The notes beneath the pieces were generated by a model. The model was not told the DNA's origin and searched no databases. It worked only from the letters and a program-made list of their open reading frames with translations. From positions 160,001 through 224,000 of the forward strand of contig CAWJSK010000013.1 in assembly GCA_963845535.1 (NCBI GenBank): 64,000 bases of DNA. The letters run 5' to 3'. The DNA comes from an uncultured Spirochaetota bacterium (GTDB lineage: Bacteria > Spirochaetota > Spirochaetia > SZUA-6 > Fen-1364). A program made the position numbers and the translations under genes. Shown here piece by piece: positions 57,318 to 64,000 of the stretch (its first letter is position 1; every line of letters starts with the position of its first letter).

Positions 57318-59264
57318 TTAGGGGAAACCGGCTTCCAGCCCGGAAAGGGCCTTGCGGATGACACGCTCCTGCCACTGCGCGGAATCCATGATCCCCTGAT
57401 AGAGATCCGCTCCGTCGGAGAGCGTCTCCTCCTGAGAGGCGTCTGCCTCACCCTTGTCCGCAATCCGATGGATCAGGGACTGCAGAAGGAACCCGACAAT
57501 GCTGCGCTGGGAGATCGAGAGCAGGCGGTTGTCGATCTCGTCAAGCTCCGCCACGAGGCGGGAGGCGGCCATTGCACCGGGCCCGCGCTCGGTTGGAGCG
57601 GCGACCGCGGTGGCTGCCGGAGACCGCGAGAGCGCGCGGCCAAGGGCTTCATTCGCCCGCAGGGCGCTCTCACAGAGCCCCTGAAGCTCCCGGAGCCCGT
57701 CCGCCAGCTCATGAAGGGCCCGGCGGAGCGCGGGCCCGCGCTCACGCGCCGTCGTCTCTTGCGCCGCGGCTCGAAGCTCCTCCGAGATCCGTCCCTGGAT
57801 TTCCGCCCGGATGGAAGGAAGGGACATGAGGGTCGATGCCGGGACGAACGGCATCCCTTCAATGGCAACGCTGTCCGCCGACAACGTGAACGTGCGAGTC
57901 TCGGGGTGAATGGTGAGCTGATTTTCGAACCACCATTTGTACAGGAGCATGCGGCGGTCTGTCTGCGTCAGGCCGCCGGAGGCGGACTGCATGGGGAAAA
58001 GCCCGATCTCCCGGAGGTAGCCGAAGGAGCTTGCCTCCAGGGGATGAAGCCGGCCGCTGGAGGCAAGCCACAGCTCTTCCGTGAAGACGCCCCTGCAGTG
58101 CGTGCGCATCTCGGGATACCCGAGGTCCAACCCCGCGGTGTAGATGGGGCTCGCGCCGAGGTGCCTCGCGAGGTCCCACGCTGCCGTGGCCACCGATCCT
58201 CCCGCCCCCAGCTTGCCTTTTTCCCCTACGGCCGCCTCCAGGGCCTCACCAAGGGGGAAGAGAGAGCTGCACAGGTAGCTCGCCTGGGCGGCGTGGCCGC
58301 GCAGCAACCGGGGATGGGTGGACGGCTCAGCGACGACAATCGGAGGGTGGGCACCAGCTCCCGGACGCTGTTGCGTCCAATCCATGAACCGGGATGCCCA
58401 GTATTGCGGGTCGACTACAACCGTGAAGTCAGGCGCCGCACCAGCCTCGACGCAGCGCTTGAGCGGAGTATTGACGGAAATGATGACGAGCCTTTCCCGC
58501 AAGGACGGAAGCTGGGGAAGGATTGCATCAAGAGAGGGTCCGCCGGCAACCACGAGAGCCGGGAGCCCCCGGCAAAGGCCCCGGAGCCGGGAAATCCCGG
58601 GAGCCTCGGCGAACAGGCGCACGTTCCGGGCGAGGTTCCTCACCCACAGCCTGCCGAAACGGTTGAGCGTGTTGAGATTGATTTCACGCCTCAGGAGCCA
58701 GGACCGCGTGATCTCATGCGTTACGCGAAACCATTCCGGGTTCGACTCCACGGCCGGGCGGAGCCGAAGAAAGGCCGGCTTTGCCAGGGGCAGCGCGGGG
58801 AGGATGGACGTAACCTCTTGCGGCCTGGATGCAACGAGAAACCACGTCCGCGCATCAGAAAGAAGGCTCCTGAGGTCGCGGGATGAAAGAGCGGCCTGGA
58901 ACATCTCCGCATCAGGCTCCAGGACGAGCATGGGGAGAGCGGGGAACTTCCGCCGCACGGCTTCCGCGAGGTATCCCAGGCCGAAGCCGGAAACGATCAC
59001 CGCGCTTGCCCCTTCATCGACTTCCCGGGCAGCCTGGCGGTCAGCTTCGGCGCGGGGGTCATGACGGCTATGGAAGGTGCGGCCGGCGCGAACGGCGGTG
59101 GGCTCACCGGATGCGGTGTCCAGGACATGCACGCTCCCGGCGCTCGAAAGGTCGACGCTGGCTTCCCGGGGGGCGGCCTCCGCCAGGAGGCGCGCAATGT
59201 CCGGATGGCGCGCGTTGAGCGCCCGGAGGTTCGCTTCCCGCGGGCTCCCTTCCCGCGGGCTCAC
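57318..59264 (-). CDS. Motility-associated factor (Maf / DUF115, MptE-like), putative flagellin glycosyltransferase
   Basis: FHSRHDP..EA, GFGLGYL, W..N...N, AGGPSLD, PDF.VVVDP, GGSVA, GLDLGY. Confidence 0.8.
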   Translation of the reverse strand: MSPREGSPREANLRALNARHPDIARLLAEAAPREASVDLSSAGSVHVLDTASGEPTAVRAGRTFHSRHDPRAEADRQAAREVDEGASAVIVSGFGLGYLAEAVRRKFPALPMLVLEPDAEMFQAALSSRDLRSLLSDARTWFLVASRPQEVTSILPALPLAKPAFLRLRPAVESNPEWFRVTHEITRSWLLRREINLNTLNRFGRLWVRNLARNVRLFAEAPGISRLRGLCRGLPALVVAGGPSLDAILPQLPSLRERLVIISVNTPLKRCVEAGAAPDFTVVVDPQYWASRFMDWTQQRPGAGAHPPIVVAEPSTHPRLLRGHAAQASYLCSSLFPLGEALEAAVGEKGKLGAGGSVATAAWDLARHLGASPIYTAGLDLGYPEMRTHCRGVFTEELWLASSGRLHPLEASSFGYLREIGLFPMQSASGGLTQTDRRMLLYKWWFENQLTIHPETRTFTLSADSVAIEGMPFVPASTLMSLPSIRAEIQGRISEELRAAAQETTARERGPALRRALHELADGLRELQGLCESALRANEALGRALSRSPAATAVAAPTERGPGAMAASRLVAELDEIDNRLLSISQRSIVGFLLQSLIHRIADKGEADASQEETLSDGADLYQGIMDSAQWQERVIRKALSGLEAGFP

Positions 59265-61156
59265 TTCAGCACCAGCGTGATTTTCATTCCGCTCTGGACG
59301 GGGGCGCCTGGCTGAGGGTCCTGCTTCACGACGAATCCGCTGCCCCTGATGGAAACGGAGATGTCCGTCCGGAGGAGAAGGGGGAGAAGCAGCCTCTTCG
59401 GCGTCCCCACGAGGTCGGGCATGACCGAAGATATCTCCACCTGCCGGGGCACGGTCACGGCGACCTCCGACGGCCCTTTCACGGTCCGGGTCCCTGCGCG
59501 CGGTATCCCCATCATGTCGACGAGCGCCAGCGCGACGTCATGAAAGATGGGCGCGGCAATGGTGGACCCGTAGTAGCTCTGTCCCTTGGGGTTCTCCATC
59601 ACGACGTAGATGATCAGCCTCGGATCATCCGTGGGGAGAATGCCCAGAAGAGAGGCGATGAAGTCGGTGGCCGAGTAGCCGCCGGCAGCGCTTGCCACCT
59701 GGGCGGTTCCTGTCTTGGCTGAGATCCGTATCCCGGGTATGGAGACCCTGCGGGCCGTGCCTGCCGGGGAGGTGGCGGCCTCCATGAAGTCGAGCATCTC
59801 GCCTGCCACGGTGGGTGACACCACCTCCCAGAGCGGCTCCCTGCCGTACTCGCGGACGACCTTTCCCTCAGGGGAGACGATCTTCTTCACGATGAGCGGC
59901 TTCAGGAGCACGCCGCCGTTGGCGATTGCCGTGGCAGCCTGGAGCATCTGGACCGAGGACACGGATATCTCCTGGCCTATCGTAACCGTGGCCTTGGATC
60001 GGGCGGACCAGAGGGACGGCTTGCGCAGGAGCCCGGGCGTTTCCCCTAAGAGCGGAATCCCCGTGGGCCTGCCGAAGCCGTAGCGCGTCAGCATCCGGTA
60101 GAGGCTCTCGTTGTCGGTCTGATCCGATGCGTACGCGGCCCCCGAGTTGCTGGAGTATTCGATGATCTCTTTTGGCGTGAGGTTGCCGTTTTTCCCGACG
60201 TCGCCGATGTGGATGACGTCTCCGTTGGGAAGACGCCTCTCGTAGAACCCCGGCGTGAAGAAGTGGCTCTGCGGCGTTATGGCTCCCAGCTCCAGCATGG
60301 AGGAAAGGGAAAAGACCTTGAACGTGGACCCGGGCTCGAAGGACTCGGCCACGGGACGATTGACGAGCGCGTTCTTGTCGACGCGCGGGGTGTCGCTCTG
60401 GAACTCGTTGGGATCGAAGTCGGGGAGGCTCGAATACGCCAGGATCTCCCCCGAGCGCGCGTCCATCACGAGGACGGACAGCGAGTCAGCCTTGTTGGCC
60501 TCGAACGCGGCTCGGGCGATCTTCTCCACCTGGTATTCCATGTCGGAGTCGATTGTGAGGAAGACCTGGCTGCCGAACACGGTGTCGGAGTCCGTACCCA
60601 CCGGCTGCGGGGCCAGGTCGTCATTGAACGTGTATTCGATCCCGTCCCACGGAACGTTGTCCGCGCCCACGTACCCCACGACGTGCGACGCGAGCCTTCC
60701 CTGGGGGTAGAACCGTCCGAAATCGTCCTCAACTCTCACACCCGCGAGGTTGCCCTGGGATTTCAAAGCGGATATCTGCTGCGCTTCCTCCGCCGTGATG
60801 GTGCGTTTGATCACTACGTAGCCGTCGTGGCGGTTCCAGAGGTCCACGATGGCTGCCGGGTCCATGCCCAGCACGTGCGCCAGGAGTGAGGCGCTTTCCT
60901 GGGCGTTGGTCAGCCCGGGGACCCAGGCTGAGACGCGACGCTGGCGCGTGGTTACGGCCAGGATCTTGCCGTTGCGGTCAAGGATGGCGCCTCTTTCCAC
61001 CTGGGGCATGACGAGGGTGTCGGTGCCTTCGCGGGCGGGGACGAGGACGGTCAGGCGGACCAGCTGGACAAGAAGGGCGATGGCGGCGAGCCCGAGCACG
61101 CCCGCGTAGATGAAGAGTCGCCGTGTCGAGCGAGTCTTCTCCCGGCGATCGGTCAC
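59261..61156 (-). CDS. ftsI: Class B penicillin-binding protein (FtsI-like) with C-terminal PASTA domain
   Basis: RGAILDRNG, RFYPQG, EPGSTFK, SSN, KTGTAQ, MPDLVG. GTG at 61156 with GGGAGG SD; the track's 1044-aa N-terminal extension is spurious. Confidence 0.8.
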   Translation of the reverse strand: MTDRREKTRSTRRLFIYAGVLGLAAIALLVQLVRLTVLVPAREGTDTLVMPQVERGAILDRNGKILAVTTRQRRVSAWVPGLTNAQESASLLAHVLGMDPAAIVDLWNRHDGYVVIKRTITAEEAQQISALKSQGNLAGVRVEDDFGRFYPQGRLASHVVGYVGADNVPWDGIEYTFNDDLAPQPVGTDSDTVFGSQVFLTIDSDMEYQVEKIARAAFEANKADSLSVLVMDARSGEILAYSSLPDFDPNEFQSDTPRVDKNALVNRPVAESFEPGSTFKVFSLSSMLELGAITPQSHFFTPGFYERRLPNGDVIHIGDVGKNGNLTPKEIIEYSSNSGAAYASDQTDNESLYRMLTRYGFGRPTGIPLLGETPGLLRKPSLWSARSKATVTIGQEISVSSVQMLQAATAIANGGVLLKPLIVKKIVSPEGKVVREYGREPLWEVVSPTVAGEMLDFMEAATSPAGTARRVSIPGIRISAKTGTAQVASAAGGYSATDFIASLLGILPTDDPRLIIYVVMENPKGQSYYGSTIAAPIFHDVALALVDMMGIPRAGTRTVKGPSEVAVTVPRQVEISSVMPDLVGTPKRLLLPLLLRTDISVSIRGSGFVVKQDPQPGAPVQSGMKITLVLK

Positions 61157-61178
61157 AGGCGGATCCCCTCCCACGAAC

Positions 61179-61210
61179 ATTGTAATATGGGGCGAAACAA
61201 ATGTCGATAT
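61179..61210. promoter_or_regulatory. Overlapping divergent promoters (sigma70 on -, sigma28-like on +)
   Basis: Minus: TCGACA-17 bp-TACAAT (61207-61179). Plus: TAAT-16 bp-GTCGATAT (61183-61210). Confidence 0.5.
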
Positions 61211-61225
61211 GTTGATAGAGCGCGT

Positions 61226-62374
61226 ATGATAGCAGTCCTCCAACGCCAGCACGTACAGAAACGCGCGGCCACGCCCGTCCGCCTGAAGACTCACCTCGTT
61301 TTTGCGCCTCGCGGCTGGGAGAACAAGGCCATCCCTGCGCGGTTCGTCCCCGCCCGGACGAAACAATCCCCTCGGTCCGAAAGGGTCCACGCGGCCGTCG
61401 TTCGAGGGCCGCGGCTTTCCGTTCGCGCCCTTCGCAGACCGGCCCGCGTGGCGCTCCTTGCGCTTGCAATCCTGGTCCTGCTCGGGGCCGTGTTGGCCGT
61501 CATTCTGGCCTTCCCGGGCGCCAGGATGGCCGCGGCGCCGTTGGACAGGCCGCTTTTGCCCAGCCCGCCGGAAACGGACCAGGACCTCTACAGGATGCTG
61601 GTCCCCGAGGAGGCGCCGCACGCCGCCGCGGCGGCAAATGCCATCCTCTCCAGCACGCTGAAAGTGACCCAGTACAAGGCGCAGCCTGGGGAGTCGGTCT
61701 CCCAGATCGCGGCGAAGTTCAAGCTGAACCTCGACACGCTCCTGAGCTGGAACGACATCCGTGACGCCCGCGCGGTGCGGCCGGGCGCGACTCTGGGCAT
61801 TCCCAACGCCGACGGCCTGAAGTACACGGTGCGCCGCGGGGATACCCTGGAACAGATTGCGCGCGGCAACGGGCTCTCCCTCAACACCGTGGCGGACTGG
61901 AACCGGCTTCCCAGCTCCGTGATCTCCGTGGGCCAGGAGCTCTTCCTTCCGGGCGTGCACATGCGCACGAACCAGCTGAACAGGATCCTCGGCAACCTCT
62001 TCATCTACCCCGTGCGTGGAAAAATCAGCTCGTACTTCGGCAGCCGTCCTGACCCCTTCACCGGGGTGAGGAGGTTCCACAACGGGGTGGATATCGTGAA
62101 CGCCCCCGGGACAACCATCGGCGCGGCCATGGCGGGAACAGTGGAGGACGTTGGGTTCAACAACAACTACGGATACTACGTCATCCTTCGCCATTCGGGA
62201 TACCAGACCCTCTACGGCCATCTCAGCCGCTACGTCGTGGCGCGAGGTCAAAAAGTCCAGCAAGGAGAGAAAATCGGAGAGCTGGGAACGACCGGCTACA
62301 GCACGGGACCGCACCTTCATTTCTCGATTTTCAGGAACGGGGAGGCAGTTGACCCGTTGGCGTTCTTGAAATAA
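61226..62374 (+). CDS. LysM-LysM-M23 peptidoglycan endopeptidase
   Basis: TM, two LysM domains, intact HNGVD, YGHL and GPHLHF. Start uncertain (61187 or 61226). Confidence 0.9.
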   Translation: MIAVLQRQHVQKRAATPVRLKTHLVFAPRGWENKAIPARFVPARTKQSPRSERVHAAVVRGPRLSVRALRRPARVALLALAILVLLGAVLAVILAFPGARMAAAPLDRPLLPSPPETDQDLYRMLVPEEAPHAAAAANAILSSTLKVTQYKAQPGESVSQIAAKFKLNLDTLLSWNDIRDARAVRPGATLGIPNADGLKYTVRRGDTLEQIARGNGLSLNTVADWNRLPSSVISVGQELFLPGVHMRTNQLNRILGNLFIYPVRGKISSYFGSRPDPFTGVRRFHNGVDIVNAPGTTIGAAMAGTVEDVGFNNNYGYYVILRHSGYQTLYGHLSRYVVARGQKVQQGEKIGELGTTGYSTGPHLHFSIFRNGEAVDPLAFLK

Positions 62375-62387
62375 CCTTGGCGCGATC

Positions 62388-63428
62388 ATGGACATATTTC
62401 ACGAGTTGCTGCAGAAAGTTTCTTCCAAAAGGCTCTTGAGGTTTCGCAGGCCGTTCCTGAAAGCTTCAGCCCTCCTGATCGTTGCAATCTCCGTGGCCCT
62501 GGCCCTCGGGGAGCGGCTGCCGTTCCCGCCGCCGGGGGAGGCGGTGCTGTACGACCCCACGGACTGGTCCCTTCTCCTGGGAGGCGCCGGCGGGCGGGAA
62601 AGATCTGACCCCGCCATGGCCGCTTCCGTGGCAACCGCGCAGAGGTCCGTGTCCGCCGGGGAGCCAATCGGCGGCCTTTCCATCGCGCAGCCCGTCGTTT
62701 CCTTCCTGCTCTACCGGGTCAAACCCGGTGACACCATCACGGGAATAGCCCAAAAGCTTGGAAGGAATCCCGACACCATCTCGTCCCTGAACCGGTCCGA
62801 AGGCAGGGGAGTCCACAGCCTCTCCGTGGGAGAACAGATTCGGATACCGACGCAAGACGGCATCTTTGTGACGCTGGATTCCGATTTCGACGCGCTGTGC
62901 CGCAGGAAAGGCATTCAGCCTGAGGAAGTCCTGGCAGCCAACGGAGTAACCCGGGACCAGCTCACGGCCGGCCAGCAATTGTTCTTTCCCGGCGTGCAGC
63001 ACACCGGCTACGAATACAGCCTTTCCCTCGGCGTGGCGGTTGCAAACCCGCTGCCGGGCGCGTGGGAGACGTCCCCCTACGGATACCGCTCGGATCCCTT
63101 TACCGGACAGAGGCGAAAGCACAACGGGGTGGACCTCGCCGCTCCGTACGGATCCGCCGTGAGGTCGGCAACGGAGGGAATTGTCCGGGCGGCGGGCTGG
63201 GACGACGTTCTGGGCAACTACGTGGAGGTGGGGGGGATGCTGGGCTACTCATACGTCTACGGCCATATGAGCCGCATCCTGGTCAGGCCGGGGGCCCGCG
63301 TCGTCCGGGGCTCCGTGCTGGGAGCCGTGGGTGCAACCGGCTACGCAACCGGTCCGCACCTGCACTTCGAGGTGAGGAAGTTCGGAGTCCCCCTGAATCC
63401 CGCGCTCTTCATGTCCGGGGTTCGATAG
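62388..63428 (+). CDS. LysM-M23 peptidoglycan endopeptidase (tandem paralogue)
   Basis: YRVKPGDT LysM, HNGVD, YGHM, GPHLHF. Confidence 0.9.
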   Translation: MDIFHELLQKVSSKRLLRFRRPFLKASALLIVAISVALALGERLPFPPPGEAVLYDPTDWSLLLGGAGGRERSDPAMAASVATAQRSVSAGEPIGGLSIAQPVVSFLLYRVKPGDTITGIAQKLGRNPDTISSLNRSEGRGVHSLSVGEQIRIPTQDGIFVTLDSDFDALCRRKGIQPEEVLAANGVTRDQLTAGQQLFFPGVQHTGYEYSLSLGVAVANPLPGAWETSPYGYRSDPFTGQRRKHNGVDLAAPYGSAVRSATEGIVRAAGWDDVLGNYVEVGGMLGYSYVYGHMSRILVRPGARVVRGSVLGAVGATGYATGPHLHFEVRKFGVPLNPALFMSGVR

Positions 63429-63452
63429 TTTCAGGAATCCTTTTACCGATAA
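63426..63452 (+). promoter_or_regulatory. sigma28-like promoter
   Basis: TAGT-15 bp-ACCGATAA. Confidence 0.4.
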
Positions 63453-63471
63453 TGACCGAGGGGTGCCCTCA

Positions 63472-64000
63472 ATGAGAAAGCTCGTCCTTGTCGTCATTGC
63501 CCTTCTTGCGCTCTTTGCACTTTTCCGCGCGTATTCGCAGGACAACGGGGAATCCCAGGGAGTCGCGGGCATCCGGTTGCAGCCGGGCCTTGTCGAAGTA
63601 GGGGACGGCACGGCGAGCCTCGGCCTCTCGTTCGGTCTCATGGAGGGTTCCGGCGGCGAAAGAAAACTGGTGAGCGTCCTGCCGCTGCGAATCGTCTACC
63701 GTGACGGGGAGAAGAGCGTCGCCATTGGCTTGAACGGGCTTGCATTTTTCCTGGGCGGCGGGGCGAGCATGGGGACCCCTGTCGTCGTCAGCTCTCCTCG
63801 TCGGGGGGACCTCTTCAGCGTGGGAGGCCGCGTAACGGTGGATTCCCGCGTGGACGGGGACGTCTGGGTCATGGGCGCTGACGCTGAGCTGTCTCCGCGC
63901 GCCGTCATCACCGGTGACGTTGTTGTGATAGGCGGAAAGCTGCTTGCCAGCCCCGGAGCGACAGTGGGCGGGACGGTCAGTCAGCTCCCCAGCCTGAAAA
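63472..64000 (+). CDS. Exported protein with bactofilin-like beta-helix repeats (partial; runs off window end)
   Basis: Manual translation MRKLVLVVIALLALFALFRAYSQD...GDLFSVGGRVTVDSRVDGDVWVMGADAELSPRAVITGDVVVIGG; no stop codon in the window. Confidence 0.7.
   Translation, partial: MRKLVLVVIALLALFALFRAYSQDNGESQGVAGIRLQPGLVEVGDGTASLGLSFGLMEGSGGERKLVSVLPLRIVYRDGEKSVAIGLNGLAFFLGGGASMGTPVVVSSPRRGDLFSVGGRVTVDSRVDGDVWVMGADAELSPRAVITGDVVVIGGKLLASPGATVGGTVSQLPSLK

Noticed and set aside
61157..62395. 413-aa N-terminal extension of the PBP in the ORF track
   Set aside because: Antisense to the LysM-M23 gene; SD and promoter support GTG 61156.

Overview
A high-GC bacterial chromosomal segment with clear Spirochaetota (Treponema/Spirochaeta-like) gene content. 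The first ~12 kb holds housekeeping and stress genes: partial ldh, an MTA/SAH nucleosidase-like gene, an RHH-USP-pcm operon, a DegT-like gene lacking the PLP lysine, nadK-recN, cdd, a beta-propeller/M23/methyltransferase group and a DUF1820-hypothetical-STAS operon. From 12180 to 57213 all genes are on the + strand: a reduced spirochaete-type dcw cluster (mraZ to ftsZ), xerD-dprA-topA-xerC-hslVU, then the flagellar cluster (flgB to flhG, a flgV-like gene, fliA, fapA) and cheW-cheA-cheY. motAB are absent from their usual slot. The window ends with a minus-strand FtsI-like PBP plus Maf operon, diverging from two tandem LysM-M23 peptidases and a partial exported beta-helix protein. I saw no rRNA, tRNA, CRISPR array or mobile element. 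Best leads: (1) an attenuator-like RNA leader at 368-470 that displays a 12-nt copy of the 16S anti-Shine-Dalgarno in a hairpin loop; (2) FlgE with K165/S178/N179, a Ser variant of the lysinoalanine cross-link site; (3) sigma28-like promoters upstream of the dcw cluster and overlapping the PBP promoter; (4) several pseudo-enzymes. All calls were made by eye, with no database search or folding computation.
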